A DNA stretch of 64,000 nucleotides from Deltaproteobacteria bacterium (GCA_029261795.1 JAJDAP010000095.1:810-64809); one strand, 5' to 3'. Counted from the first letter of the stretch, positions 12,023-22,562 are shown. Numbers and translations: made by a program. Notes: generated from the letters alone by a model not told the origin.

Positions 12023-15000
12023 TCAGTCGACCCAGCTTCGCGCATTGCGGAAGAGTCGCATCCAGGGCGCGTCTTCGCCCCAATCCTCGGGATGCCAGGA
12101 ATGCTGGACGGTTCGAAAGACGCGCTCGGGGTGAGGCATCATGATCGTGAAGCGTCCATCCGGAGTGGTCAGCCCCGTGACGCCTCCGACCGAACCGTTG
12201 GGATTGGCCGGGTAGCGCTCGGCGACGGCACCGCGACCATCCACATAACGAAGCACGGGTCGTAAGACGCCGAGCCCACCTTCGATCCGGCCTTCGCCGT
12301 GGGCGACGGCAATCGGGAGCCGCGCCCCCGCCATCCCCTCCAGCAGGATCGACGGGCTCTCGAGCACTTCGACGAGCGCGAGTCGGGCTTCGAATTGATC
12401 CGAACGATTGCGGACGAAGCGTGGCCAGGCGCCGGCGCCCGGAATGATCTCGCGCAGATTGGAGAGCGCCTGACATCCGTTGCAGACGCCGAGTGCGAAG
12501 GTGTCCGTACGAGCGAAGAAGGCGCTGAACTCGTCGCGAGCGCGGGGCTGGAACAGGATCGATTTCGCCCAGCCCTCGCCGGCACCGAGGACATCGCCAT
12601 AGGAGAAGCCGCCGCATGCCACCAGGCCGCGGAAGTCTGCCAGCGTGCGTCGCGCTTCCAGGATGTCGCTCATGTGCACGTCGACGCATTCGAAGCCGGC
12701 GCGATCGAAGGCCGCCGCCATTTCGACCTGGCCGTTCACGCCCTGCTCGCGAAGGATCGCCATGCGCGGCCGCGCGCCGACGGAAACGTTCGGCACCTGG
12801 CTCGGGTCGAAAGGCACGCGCACGGTCAGGCCGGGTTCGTTCGGGTCGCAACGCGAGGCGTGTTCTTCGTCGGCGCAGTCCGGATCATCGCGCAGGCGTT
12901 GCATGGCGTGCGTGGTGGCGGACCAGTGGGCTCGCAACTCGCGGCGCCGCGCCGCGAAGACCCGTTCGCCGCGCCGGAGGATCTCGATCTCGTCCGTGTC
13001 GGTCGGCGTACCGAGTTCGCTGACGCAGGCGCCGAGGCCGTGGCGCGCGAAGATCTGCGACACGAGTTCGACCGATGCCGCAGGTACTTGCAACAGCGCG
13101 CCCAGCTCCTCGGCAAAGAGCGCCCCGAGCAGGGCTTCCGGCGCGACGTCCAGATCGAGGGAGATTCCGGTGCCGCCGGCGAAGGCCATCTCCAAGGCCG
13201 TGACGAAGAGGCCGCCGTCCGAGCGATCATGATAGGCGAGCACGCAGCCGTGCTCGCGGAGTTCCGACAATGCGCTGGCGAAGCCACGAAGATCGGCGGC
13301 GTGATCGAGGTCCGGCGCGGTGTCGCCGACCTGCTCGAATACCTGGGCCAGCGCCGAGCCGCCGAGCCGTGCCTGGCCGCGCCCGAGGTCGACGAGCAGC
13401 AGCCGGGTCGCGCCGTGGTGGCTGACGAGTTCGGGTGTGAAGCTCGCCGCGGCATCTCGGACCGGCGCGAACGCGGTGACGATCACCGACATCGGAGAGG
13501 TCACGCTGCGCAGCGCACCGGCTTCTTCCCATACCGTGCGCATCGAGAGCGAATCCTTGCCCACCGGGATCGCGATTCCGAGCGCCGGACAGAGTTCTTC
13601 GCCGATCGTTCGTACCGCGTCGTAGAGGCCGGCGTCTTCGCCCGGGTGGCCGGCCGCGGCCATCCAGTTGGCCGAGAGCTTGACGTGGCCAAGGCCCGGG
13701 ACGTCTGCCGAGAGCAGATTGGTCAGCGCCTCTCCCACCGCCATGCGCGCCGAGGCGGCCGGATCCAGGAGCGCCAGCGGCGTGCGCTCGCCCAGCGCCA
13801 CCGCTTCGCCGGCGTAGCTGTCATAGCTGGCGCAGGTGACGGCAGCATCGGCCACGGGAACCTGCCAGGGGCCAACCATCTGGTCTCTTGCGACCAGGCC
13901 GGTCACCGTCCGGTCGCCGATCGAGATCAAGAACGTCTTGTCGCCCACCGTCGGAAGTCGCAGGACGCGCTTGATGGCTTCGGCCAGGGTGACACCGGAC
14001 AGATCGAGGGGCGGCAGCGAGACGCGCTCCCGCTTGACGTCGCGCACCATGCGCGGTGCCTTGCCCAGGATCAGCGACAGCGGCACATCGATGGGCGCGT
14101 TGCCGAAGTGTGGGTCCGTGACCGTCAGCTGGCCGTCGTCCGTGGCCTCTCCGAGTACCGCAAAGGGGCAGCGCTCGCGCTGGCAGATCGCCTCGAACTC
14201 GCTGAGTCGCGCCGGCTCGATGGCCAGCACATAACGTTCCTGGGATTCGTTGCACCAGACTTCGAGGGGGCTCATCCCCGGTTCATCGTTCGGGATCGCG
14301 CGCAGGTCGAAGCGCGCGCCGCGGTCACTGTCGTTCACGAGTTCCGGCAAGGCGTTCGAGAGGCCGCCGGCGCCGACATCGTGGATCGCCACGATCGGGT
14401 TCGTCGTGCCCTGGGCCCAGCAGCGATCGATGACCTCCTGCGCGCGGCGCTCCATTTCGGGGTTGCCGCGCTGGACCGAGGCGAAATCGAGATCCTCGTG
14501 GCTGGCGCCGGAATCCATCGAAGAGGCGGCGCCGCCTCCCAACCCGATCAGCATCGCGGGCCCGCCGAGCACGATGATCTTGGCGCCCGCCGCGATCTTC
14601 CCCTTCTCGACGTGCTCGCCGCGGATGTTGCCGTAGCCGCCGGCCAGCATGATGGGCTTGTGGTAGCCGCGCACCTCGTCGCCGCGCGGGCCGGCCACGC
14701 GCTCCTCGAAGCTGCGGAAGTAGCCGGCGAGGTTGGGCCGACCGAACTCGTTGTTGAAGGCGGCGCCGCCGAGCGGACCCGCTGTCATGATCTCGAGCGC
14801 GGAAGCGATCCGTGCCGGCCGGCCGAAATCCTTCTCCCAGGGCTCTTCCTGGCCAGGGATTCGCAGGTTCGACACCGAGAACCCGGTGAGCCCGGCTTTG
14901 GGCTTGGAGCCGCGCCCGGTGGCGCCTTCATCGCGGATCTCGCCGCCGGATCCGGTGGCGGCGCCGGGAAACGGCGAGATGGCCGTCGGATGATTGTGCG

Positions 15001-15895
15001 TCTCGACCTTCATCAGGATGTGGAGCGGCTCGTCGTGGGCCGCGTACACACCCCGTTCCGGGTCGGCAAAGAAACGCCCGGCGCGGCTCCCGGTGATGAC
15101 CGAGGAGTTGTCGTGATAGGCGGAGAGCACCCCATCGGGCGATTGCTCGGTGGTGTTGCGGATCATCCGGAACAGCGAGTGCTCCTGGGCCTCGCCGTCG
15201 ATGAACCACTCGGCATTGAAGATCTTGTGCCGGCAGTGTTCGGAGTTGGCCTGGGCGAACATCATCAGCTCGACGTCGGTCGGGTCGCGGCCGAGTTCCT
15301 CGAAGCTCGCCACCAGGTAGTCGATCTCGTCCTTCGCCAGGGCGAGTCCGAGCCGGCTATCGGCTTCGACCAGGGCGTCGCGGCCACGCGCCAGCAGATC
15401 GATGCTGGCCACCGGGCGCGGTTCGGCGCGTTCGAACAGACGGGCCGCCTGATCGGGGTCTGAGAGCACGCATTCGGTCATCCGATCGTGAACCAGATCG
15501 AGCAGGAGTTCCGGGTCGCCGCTGAGCCCCACGAAACCGTAGGCAACGCCGCGCTCGATGCGCCGCACGTGCCGGAGCCCACAGATTCGCGCGATGTCGG
15601 TCGCCTTCGAGGACCAGGGGGAGATCGTCCCCAAGCGCGGCACGACCCAGACCGTGGTTCCGGCAGCATCCGAGCCGCTGGCTTCCCGAGCACTGGCTTC
15701 CCCAGGGGAGGGCGTCCCCAGCAGTTGATCGAGCCGCGCACGCTCCTCGGCATCCAACGCTCCATCGGTCTCGACGAAGTGCACGATTTCGGTCGTCAGC
15801 GCGTCGAGCGTGGCTCGCCGGCTTCGAATCTGCGTCACGAGTCGGGCGAGCCGCGCATTCGAGTGCGCAGGACCGCCTCGCAGAATCAGCATCAA
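12023..15895 (-). CDS. purL: phosphoribosylformylglycinamidine (FGAM) synthase, single-chain large form
   Basis: 1290 aa. '[26 protein letters not shown]', duplicated AIR-synthase-like domains, and a C-terminal glutaminase domain with '[10 protein letters not shown]' and 'MMPHPER'. Confidence 0.95.
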   Translation of the reverse strand: MMLILRGGPAHSNARLARLVTQIRSRRATLDALTTEIVHFVETDGALDAEERARLDQLLGTPSPGEASAREASGSDAAGTTVWVVPRLGTISPWSSKATDIARICGLRHVRRIERGVAYGFVGLSGDPELLLDLVHDRMTECVLSDPDQAARLFERAEPRPVASIDLLARGRDALVEADSRLGLALAKDEIDYLVASFEELGRDPTDVELMMFAQANSEHCRHKIFNAEWFIDGEAQEHSLFRMIRNTTEQSPDGVLSAYHDNSSVITGSRAGRFFADPERGVYAAHDEPLHILMKVETHNHPTAISPFPGAATGSGGEIRDEGATGRGSKPKAGLTGFSVSNLRIPGQEEPWEKDFGRPARIASALEIMTAGPLGGAAFNNEFGRPNLAGYFRSFEERVAGPRGDEVRGYHKPIMLAGGYGNIRGEHVEKGKIAAGAKIIVLGGPAMLIGLGGGAASSMDSGASHEDLDFASVQRGNPEMERRAQEVIDRCWAQGTTNPIVAIHDVGAGGLSNALPELVNDSDRGARFDLRAIPNDEPGMSPLEVWCNESQERYVLAIEPARLSEFEAICQRERCPFAVLGEATDDGQLTVTDPHFGNAPIDVPLSLILGKAPRMVRDVKRERVSLPPLDLSGVTLAEAIKRVLRLPTVGDKTFLISIGDRTVTGLVARDQMVGPWQVPVADAAVTCASYDSYAGEAVALGERTPLALLDPAASARMAVGEALTNLLSADVPGLGHVKLSANWMAAAGHPGEDAGLYDAVRTIGEELCPALGIAIPVGKDSLSMRTVWEEAGALRSVTSPMSVIVTAFAPVRDAAASFTPELVSHHGATRLLLVDLGRGQARLGGSALAQVFEQVGDTAPDLDHAADLRGFASALSELREHGCVLAYHDRSDGGLFVTALEMAFAGGTGISLDLDVAPEALLGALFAEELGALLQVPAASVELVSQIFARHGLGACVSELGTPTDTDEIEILRRGERVFAARRRELRAHWSATTHAMQRLRDDPDCADEEHASRCDPNEPGLTVRVPFDPSQVPNVSVGARPRMAILREQGVNGQVEMAAAFDRAGFECVDVHMSDILEARRTLADFRGLVACGGFSYGDVLGAGEGWAKSILFQPRARDEFSAFFARTDTFALGVCNGCQALSNLREIIPGAGAWPRFVRNRSDQFEARLALVEVLESPSILLEGMAGARLPIAVAHGEGRIEGGLGVLRPVLRYVDGRGAVAERYPANPNGSVGGVTGLTTPDGRFTIMMPHPERVFRTVQHSWHPEDWGEDAPWMRLFRNARSWVD

Positions 15896-15951
15896 GTCCT
15901 TGGCTACCTCGGAGAAAGGTTGCAGCCTGGGGGGAACAGGACGACCGCAGT

Positions 15952-16356
15952 CTAGCGGTTGGTCCTCCGCTCTTCATCGCGCCGGCTGTCATCGCTGGCG
16001 ATTCGATCCAACTGGTAGCCGAGCCATCCGCCGGCAACGGCGGCGACAGCGCGCATGACGCCGGCAGCGATGCCCATGGCCAGCGTCCGATGGCTGGAGA
16101 GACCCTCCGCGACCAACCCATAGGGAGCCGTGGTTGCCTCGAGCACTGGGCCTACCGCGGAAACGCCGATCCCGGCAAACAGGCAGACGACGAGGTTCCT
16201 GCGATCCGTCAGCGCTGCCACGATCCGGATGAGCTCGGCCCGGACGCGGTCGGCACGCTGGGGCTCGCGAGGTCCGGGAGTACGATTCCGAGCCGCCAGC
16301 CCAGCCACCCGACGATCAGACCGAGCCAGATGGATCCCAGCACAAGGCTCCCTGCC
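15952..16356 (-). pseudogene. possible frameshifted small polytopic membrane protein
   Basis: Two overlapping minus-strand frames each encode hydrophobic helices. One is 'MAGSLVLGSIWLGLIVGWLGWRLGIVLP'. After about 16250-16270, in another frame, comes 'LVVCLFAGIGVSAVGPVLE...LAMGIAAGVMRAVAAVAGGWLGY'. No family was recognised. Confidence 0.25.
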
Positions 16357-16540
16357 ATTGTTCCCTGAGGGAAGAACTCGTGCACCAGCCAGGCACCGAG
16401 GCGCGCGCCTAGGAGCCTGACCCAAGACTCGTCATGAATCACGAGTTCTGCTGGGACTGGTTGGAGTTTCTCACGAAGCTCGGGTGGCTCGACTGATGAA
16501 GCTGACGCTGAGGTTCCTATGGGTGGGTGCGGTCGGTTCT

Positions 16541-17041
16541 TCATGCGAGTGCTGCTCGGTAGAGCGTCAATGCATTCGCCGCCGCACAGACCAGATCCCA
16601 CTCGCCACGAATATTGGCTCGTCCTCGCGTCGCGAAGCGCCGGAAGCGCATCGTTTGTTTGATTTCAGCGAAGGGACGCTCGCCTTGGGTCTTGCGGGTT
16701 CGGTAGATCTTCTTCGCCCAAGGCAATCGAAGAAGTCGATGCATGCGTTGCGTCTTGGGACCGCGCGCCCATGCCGCCCGTCTTCTTCCACGGACCGCCA
16801 CCAAACAACGCTGATGTCTCTTCCTCAGGTCCTTCAGGTTCTTCTCGCTCAAATAGCCTGCGTCGGCCACCACCATCCCGGGCTTGCGATGGGTCGTCGC
16901 CTGGATCTCCTCCACCATCGGAACCAACTGTTGAACATCGAGTGGGGAAGTCGTCACCCCGTTCGCCACGATCACGCCGTCTTCGTTCGCTGCCACTTGG
17001 CCGTTGTAGCAGTACTGCAGCGACCCCTCGCTCGTCATCAT
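16541..17041 (-). mobile_element. C-terminal fragment of an IS1182/IS5-type DDE transposase (IS remnant)
   Basis: 166 aa. 'QYCYNGQVAANEDGVIVA...PGMVVADAGYLSEKNL...YRTRKTQGERPFAEIKQTMRFRRFATRG...EWDLVCAAANAL' carries the second D and the Y-x2-R-x3-E-x6-K region. The N-terminal ~300 aa expected for this family are absent. The fragment abuts the stop of the upstream lipoprotein gene at 17041/17042. Confidence 0.7.
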
Positions 17042-17566
17042 TCAACCGCCGACTATCTCGATCGTGACGAGCGCCCTCCCGTCGGGAACAAAGCAGCCGG
17101 CGGGTCGATTCCACATTGGGTCAAAGCCTTCAGATGCGGCCCGCGCCGAGCTCTGCTTGCTTCGTTCGCAGATGTCGCTCCAGCGTTCCACCCTAGACGG
17201 AGCCATCGCAAAGATTCTGAGTCCGTAGCGCTCGTTGCGAACTCCAGAGTATGCCCGACAGGTCTCCTCCCAGCGATCTTCCTCGGTGAGAGCTCCGAAC
17301 CGGCGCGCCAGGTCTGAGATTTCGGCGCATAGCGCACCATCCTTCCAATCGGCTTCGTACGATCTCTTCATCGACGGAGGTTGACTAGAGATTGCGGACG
17401 ACGTCCCAGAAACACTCTTGGCAACCAATTCGAAGCCCGGAGGCAACTCGAGCTCATCGAACCATTCCGACATCTCGTCCCACGGCTCCCTCACGAATAC
17501 GTCGCAGGACGACACACTCGCCATGCAGGCGAGCACCAGCAGCGCACGAGCCAATCGCGTGACCAC
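17042..17566 (-). CDS. putative lipoprotein, unknown function
   Basis: 174 aa with a GTG start 3 nt after the stop of the 893-aa gene. The N-terminus 'MVTRLARALLVLACMASVSSC' looks like a lipoprotein signal with lipobox V-S-S-C. Confidence 0.55.
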   Translation of the reverse strand: MVTRLARALLVLACMASVSSCDVFVREPWDEMSEWFDELELPPGFELVAKSVSGTSSAISSQPPSMKRSYEADWKDGALCAEISDLARRFGALTEEDRWEETCRAYSGVRNERYGLRIFAMAPSRVERWSDICERSKQSSARAASEGFDPMWNRPAGCFVPDGRALVTIEIVGG

Positions 17567-17569
17567 GGC

Positions 17570-20251
17570 CTAGCGTCGCCTCCGTCGCGATCGCCTAGCG
17601 ACGTAGAGCAAGCCGAGCGCGCCAGCGATCTCGGGTCCAAGCCCACACGTCGGCGGCGTTCCCGGCGGGTTGTATGGATCCGGATCGACATCAGCACAGA
17701 GACCGTCGCCGTCGAAATCATTCTCTGGGTCATCGGCGCAGGTATCGCAAGCGTCGCCGATTCGGTCACCGTCCCTGTCGACGTTGCTCGCGTCCGCGTC
17801 GTCAATGCATAGGTCGCAGAGATCGAGAACGCCGTCCGAGTCTTGATCAGTCGTGGCGCCCCCGACGATTCGCAGGAGGTCTGACACGAGAACCGTGCCG
17901 GCGCCACCTGCCCCAACTGGCGCCTCGGCAGCGAATGCACCCGGCTCATCGAAGGTCGACACAAGGGGCACGATTCCGAACTGGTCGACCAGCGCCCCGT
18001 TGGCGTCCGCCGTGAGCGTCAGGATCGGAATGTCCGGCGACCCGTTGGTCTGCCTAAAGTCAAGCTCGACGCTCTCCAACGGCGCAAAGCCTGTCCCCGA
18101 AACATAGACGAGCTGGAACTGGTGGAAGGTCAGATTGTCGAGACACGCGGGCGGCGGCGTTTGCGCTCGCACGTGAAGTCGCCCGACCGTAGGAGTCGCC
18201 GACGCCGCTTGGGCTGATGCAACGAGCGGAGCGGCTAGAGGCAATGGGGCAACCGGATTCTTCGGAAGACCATTGTCGTTCAGCGGTGCCCCTGACGCGC
18301 GCCATGCCGCAATGTAGTCGTCGATCGCAGCCGCATACTCGATGTGACCGCGCTCCTTGGGATGGAAGCTCCGCGACTTGAATCGATCACTGACTCCAAT
18401 GACGTCCAGCCCATAAAGCCATGCCGGTGGAGAATTGGTGCACACCTCGTGGCCCGTGAACCGATCAGCGACGGGCACGAAATGGACGCCGGCCGTTACT
18501 GCCTCTTCTGCCAGCATCGTGTTCACCTGGTCGGCGATTCCCTTGAGGAAGAGCTGTTCCGTTTGCGTCACTTTTACGGGGCCAGCTCCCAGCTCTAAAC
18601 ACTCGTTCCCACTAACGAGTCTCGGATACCCCGCCATGATGATCGTTGCAATCGGCGCGGCATTCTTGATTCGAGACAGGAGTGACCTGATTTCTAGCCG
18701 GACGTCGTCGATCTTGTCCGGGAGACTCTGCGATAGAGGCGGCGCGCCACTCGTGAGCGGATCATCCTTGCAGTTGCCAAAGAAGTTCGTGAAGCAATGC
18801 TGAAGGATCGGCGCGAAGCCAACGTCATTTCCTCCGATCGTGACAGTGACGAGGTCGGTGTCTCCGCTCACGACGAATCCTCCCCCGTCCATCCGATCCA
18901 GCTGTGTGACATTATCTGGAGCATCGTAGGGCGGATTGGGCGGGCTGCCCTCCGGGCCGGAGGGGACTCCGCCGTCAGAGATTTTTCTCACATTGATCGT
19001 TGTGGCTCCGCTACACGCTAGGAACTCGTATGAGAAGTTGGTCGGATCGTCTATCGCGAGCTGAGCGATCCTCTCGAGGGCCGGCGGGTCCATGATCAGG
19101 GCCGAATAAGCCTTCTGCGAGCGATGGCAGCCATTGTTGTCGGTAGCAGTACCGAGTTCGTACGGCCGCCCCCCCTCTCCCGAAGAGTAGGAGTCGCCGA
19201 GCGCCACCAGCTCGATCGCATCGCAAACGTCGCCGATCATGTCGCTGTCCGCATCCGCTTGACTACTATTGAAGGTAGTCGAGCAGTTGTCGCAAACGTC
19301 GCCGGCGTTGTCATTGTCTCCGTCGAGCTGCGAATCATTGTCCACCAACTGGCAGTTGTCGCACACGTCACCAACGGAATCGGTGTCGCTGTTCTCCTGG
19401 TTCGCGTTTGGATCCGACGGGCAGTTGTCCTCGCAATCATTCTTTCCGTCTCCATCCGAGTCAGGCGGCGGACCATTGCATTGCCCCTGATTGCAGACCG
19501 TGCATGTAGAGGAATTACAGAGATCTCCATCGGTTGATGCTGTTGCGTTGGTTCCGCCCCCGGAGTCGATGCAGGGGCAGTCAAAGACTGGGTTGGGGAA
19601 CGAGGGAGGAAGACGAGATGCTGAGCACGCGGCGCCAAACATCCTGATCGAGGATGTCGATGGCTCGAAAAAGACCGACCCTGTCGACACGGGGGCAAGT
19701 ACCATTCCGTTGAGGAATGCCGCGGCCAAGGCATGAACGGTCGCGAGCTGTTGGAAAGCAGCGGGAGAGCTTGCCAACACAGCCTTTGAGACAAGGACAG
19801 CGCGCGGGTTCTCAACGGCAATCCCGAGGAACACACCGGGCTGGCCGTTGCCATCGATCAGAATCCAGTCGACGTAACCGACGCCCCCCGATGCCACTGC
19901 TACGCAGGCGGCAAGCGTAGGCGCGTCGTCGACGATTGAGAGGCAATCGAGAGCTTGGGGCGCCTGGATGCTGATCGTACTGACACAGCACGCCTCGTCG
20001 AGTCCGCTGGCGTCATCGTCGCGCGACAGGTCGCTCCGCAGGAAGGCATCCGCGTTCGCACGCATCACAGTCGAAGGGAATGGTTCGATCCCTGTGTTGA
20101 ACAGGGTCAGGTTTCGCTGACGATGCGTATTGGCCTGAGCATCGGCCGACGTCGTGCTTCCGGTGATCAACAGAATGGCCATCACGAGGATTCGAGCAAT
20201 CAACACAGGCAACCTCCTGCCGCTACTCAGTCTCTTCTGGCTCCGGTTCAA
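17570..20251 (-). CDS. secreted multidomain protein: Cys-rich N-domain, thrombospondin type-3 Ca-binding repeats, SGNH/GDSL hydrolase, second TSP3 block, MYXO-CTERM-like tail
   Basis: 893 aa with a TTG start. Signal peptide 'RRLPVLIARILVMAILLITGSTTSADA'. TSP3 repeats 'DSDGDGKNDCEDNCP...DTDSVGDVCDNC...DGDNDNAGDVCDNC...DADSDMIGDVCD'. SGNH blocks 'LVALGDSYSSGEG', 'ACSGATT', 'VTIGGNDVGF' and 'SFHPKERGH'. The C-terminus is 'DRDGDRIGDACDTC...DFDGDGLCAD' followed by 'TCGLGPEIAGALGLLYVARRSRRRRR'. Confidence 0.8.
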   Translation of the reverse strand: MNRSQKRLSSGRRLPVLIARILVMAILLITGSTTSADAQANTHRQRNLTLFNTGIEPFPSTVMRANADAFLRSDLSRDDDASGLDEACCVSTISIQAPQALDCLSIVDDAPTLAACVAVASGGVGYVDWILIDGNGQPGVFLGIAVENPRAVLVSKAVLASSPAAFQQLATVHALAAAFLNGMVLAPVSTGSVFFEPSTSSIRMFGAACSASRLPPSFPNPVFDCPCIDSGGGTNATASTDGDLCNSSTCTVCNQGQCNGPPPDSDGDGKNDCEDNCPSDPNANQENSDTDSVGDVCDNCQLVDNDSQLDGDNDNAGDVCDNCSTTFNSSQADADSDMIGDVCDAIELVALGDSYSSGEGGRPYELGTATDNNGCHRSQKAYSALIMDPPALERIAQLAIDDPTNFSYEFLACSGATTINVRKISDGGVPSGPEGSPPNPPYDAPDNVTQLDRMDGGGFVVSGDTDLVTVTIGGNDVGFAPILQHCFTNFFGNCKDDPLTSGAPPLSQSLPDKIDDVRLEIRSLLSRIKNAAPIATIIMAGYPRLVSGNECLELGAGPVKVTQTEQLFLKGIADQVNTMLAEEAVTAGVHFVPVADRFTGHEVCTNSPPAWLYGLDVIGVSDRFKSRSFHPKERGHIEYAAAIDDYIAAWRASGAPLNDNGLPKNPVAPLPLAAPLVASAQAASATPTVGRLHVRAQTPPPACLDNLTFHQFQLVYVSGTGFAPLESVELDFRQTNGSPDIPILTLTADANGALVDQFGIVPLVSTFDEPGAFAAEAPVGAGGAGTVLVSDLLRIVGGATTDQDSDGVLDLCDLCIDDADASNVDRDGDRIGDACDTCADDPENDFDGDGLCADVDPDPYNPPGTPPTCGLGPEIAGALGLLYVARRSRRRRR

Positions 20252-20543
20252 TCGGGAAACCAGGTGCGCCCTTAAGGGCCCATGCGCGACCCCCGTTGAT
20301 CAGCAACTGATCGGGATGGTCTTCTTCCTCTTGACGGCGAATCACGTCCGTCAGAGATTCGTACCGTCCTTCCGGAACGATTCGGCCTGGAGGTAGTTCC
20401 GGGGTCAACTCGAGGTTCTCAGAGATGACGGCCGGCGTCTCGTGCGAGGAGTCCGTCTCGGAGCTCGGCCAGAGGTAGAGATACGCTGTCGTGCCAATTG
20501 CAACTAATGCAATGAGGACAATGCTAAGCCGAACGAGTGACAT
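20223..20543 (-). CDS. small N-terminally membrane-anchored protein, unknown function
   Basis: 106 aa with ATG at 20543. One hydrophobic helix, 'LSIVLIALVAIGTTAYLYLW', is followed by an acidic tail. Its 3' end overlaps the start of the 893-aa gene by 29 nt. No family was recognised. Confidence 0.4.
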   Translation of the reverse strand: MSLVRLSIVLIALVAIGTTAYLYLWPSSETDSSHETPAVISENLELTPELPPGRIVPEGRYESLTDVIRRQEEEDHPDQLLINGGRAWALKGAPGFPIEPEPEETE

Positions 20544-20796
20544 GAAGGAAATGTACGCTGCACGAACTCGAGATGTCCATCACTTTCTACTGACGGGTGT
20601 CCATGAGCCACCCCCAAATGGGTCGGTTATCGAAGCTAACAACGATCTGTAAGCGCATCCAAGGGTGAGCTTCCCTGATGAGTCACACACCCCCCGAAAA
20701 TTCGACGCTCTGGCTTCGCTTCTAGGTGCGGCGAGGGCGACTCCGCAGAAGAGTCGCTCGAATTCGCGGTCACAAACCGGAAGCGTCGTCTCGCGC

Positions 20797-21615
20797 CTAA
20801 CGTTCCTCGCGCACCAGGTCGCGGTAGGCACGGTAGTGCTGGATCGCTTCTGGCTCCCGACCGAGTTCTTCGTAGAGCCCGGCCAGGTTGAAGTGCGCGT
20901 CGGCGAAGCCCGGATCGATCTCGAGCGCGCGTTCATAGTGGGCGACCGCAGTCTTGGCGCTCGACGCATCCTCGAGTGCCAACGCGAGGTTGAAATGGAT
21001 CACCGGGTCGCTGGGGCTGCGCTCGAGGGCTGAGTGAAAGAGCTGTGCCGCATCTCGGACGTCGCCGGCTTCGAGGGCCAGACGTCCCAGGTTCACGTAG
21101 GCGTCGACATGATCCGGATCGAGTTCCAGGGCGCGACCGTAGGCCCGACAAGCAGCGACCGGGTCCGAGGCCTCCTGGGCGAGTCCTTCCTCGAAGGCCG
21201 CGCGCGCGTCGTTCGTGCCGGTAGCGCTGGTGCCGGGTAGCTCGGCCACCGCCTCTGCCAACGGTGCCACGGCAAAATCGAGGATCCCCTGGCCCGTGGT
21301 CGCGTCGAAACTTCCGGCGTCGTCTCGCACCGCAACACGGCGGCCATCGGCGAACACGCGAACCCCGGCCAGGTGCGCGTCCTCGGGCAAGGCCTTCGCG
21401 AGCGAGGCGAGAGCTTCACGGACCTGGGCGGCCGGCACCTGTTGGTCGAGCAGTTCACGCGCGGCGCGCAACACCACGAGATCCTGGAACGAGAAGGAGA
21501 GTCGCCGTCCCCGGCGTTCGGGCGCGCAGAAGCCGCGCTTCACCCACGCGCGCACCCTTGCCGCCGGAAGCCCCAGCACCCGGGCGACCTCGGCGGTTGC
21601 GAGTCGACGCTCCAT
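20797..21615 (-). CDS. MerR/excisionase-type HTH protein with C-terminal TPR repeats
   Basis: 272 aa. The N-terminal 'LATAEVARVLGLPAARVRAWVKRG' is an HTH. The C-terminal half has repeated 'A..Y.RALELDPDHVDAYVNLG / ...ALERSPSDPVIHFNLA / ...YERALEIDPGFADAHFNLA' TPR units. Confidence 0.7.
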   Translation of the reverse strand: MERRLATAEVARVLGLPAARVRAWVKRGFCAPERRGRRLSFSFQDLVVLRAARELLDQQVPAAQVREALASLAKALPEDAHLAGVRVFADGRRVAVRDDAGSFDATTGQGILDFAVAPLAEAVAELPGTSATGTNDARAAFEEGLAQEASDPVAACRAYGRALELDPDHVDAYVNLGRLALEAGDVRDAAQLFHSALERSPSDPVIHFNLALALEDASSAKTAVAHYERALEIDPGFADAHFNLAGLYEELGREPEAIQHYRAYRDLVREER

Positions 21616-21656
21616 CCCTGGAAGATGAGCCCGGCTGCGCGACCTGTCGACGGGTT

Positions 21657-22562
21657 CTAGGACGAAGCCTTCTTCCGGCTCGAGGGCGCCGAACCCTTGG
21701 CCTTGGCCGGCTTCCGGGTTCGCGCCTTGGCTGCGGTCACCTTCTTGGGCCCCGCCTTGCTGGCGGCGGGCTTCTTCGGCCCGCTGCTCTTGCGCTCACC
21801 GAGGCTCTTCTTCAGCGCGGCCATCAGATCGATGATCTGTTCGTTCGCCTCGGCCTTCGGCGCGATCACGACCTCTTCGCCGGCGACCTTCTGGTCGACC
21901 GCAGCCAGGACGGCCTGGCGGAAAGAATCCTCGTACTTCTCCGGAGCGAAGCGCTCGCTCGAAAGCTGTTCGATCAGTTGCTCGGCGAGATCGAGTTCGC
22001 CCTTCTTCGGCGAGACCGGATCGCCGAACTCGATATCGTCGAAGCTGCGCACTTCGTCGGCGTAGTGCAGACCATGCAGCGTCAGGCCACGACCCATCGG
22101 ACGCACCAGCACGAGTTGTTGCTTTCCACGCGTATTGAAGCGACCCACCGCGACCTTGCCCATCTTGAGCATGGCTTCGTTCAAGAGCTGGTAGGCCTTC
22201 TGGCCGCCCTTGTCGGGACCTAACAACTGGGACGTACCGAAGTAGACCGGGTCGACTCGCTCGATCGGAATGAACTCTTCGATCTCGATCGCCTTGTCGC
22301 TCTGGGTCTCGAGGGCCTTGATCTCCTCGTCGCTCATCACGACGTATTGATCGCGCGCGTACTCGTAGCCCTTCACCCGGTCGGCGGTCGGTACCACCTC
22401 GCCGCAGCTGGCGCACGTGTACTGCTGCTTGAGCCGGCTCTTGTCCGTCTTGTGCAACATGTTGAAGTGCACGCTCTTCGAGCGGGCGGCGGGATAGACC
22501 TTGACCGGGATCGAGACGAGGCCAAATGAGATCGTGCCGGACGAGGTCGCTCGGGCTGCCAT
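21657..22562 (-). CDS. ku: Ku DNA end-binding protein (NHEJ)
   Basis: 301 aa. 'GTISFGLVSIPVKVYPAA' and 'GYEYARDQYVVMSDEEI' match bacterial Ku. Lys-rich C-terminal tail. Confidence 0.9.
   Translation of the reverse strand: MAARATSSGTISFGLVSIPVKVYPAARSKSVHFNMLHKTDKSRLKQQYTCASCGEVVPTADRVKGYEYARDQYVVMSDEEIKALETQSDKAIEIEEFIPIERVDPVYFGTSQLLGPDKGGQKAYQLLNEAMLKMGKVAVGRFNTRGKQQLVLVRPMGRGLTLHGLHYADEVRSFDDIEFGDPVSPKKGELDLAEQLIEQLSSERFAPEKYEDSFRQAVLAAVDQKVAGEEVVIAPKAEANEQIIDLMAALKKSLGERKSSGPKKPAASKAGPKKVTAAKARTRKPAKAKGSAPSSRKKASS

Noticed and set aside
12299-15463. 1054-aa plus-strand ORF
   Set aside because: It lies entirely antisense to purL. Its composition is Arg/Ala/Gly-rich and low in complexity, with no recognisable motif. 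This is a typical shadow ORF of high-GC DNA.
19230-19480. Periodic Asp-codon-rich DNA repeats that could be mistaken for a tandem or CRISPR-like array
   Set aside because: They lie inside the 893-aa ORF and encode thrombospondin type-3 Ca-binding repeats. The spacing is irregular and there are no unique spacers.
20737-20757. Hairpin GCGACTC-N7-GAGTCGC, 40 nt downstream of the MerR-TPR gene, as an intrinsic terminator
   Set aside because: The stem is short at 7 bp and there is no U-tract on the transcribed strand. This is not enough to call a terminator.
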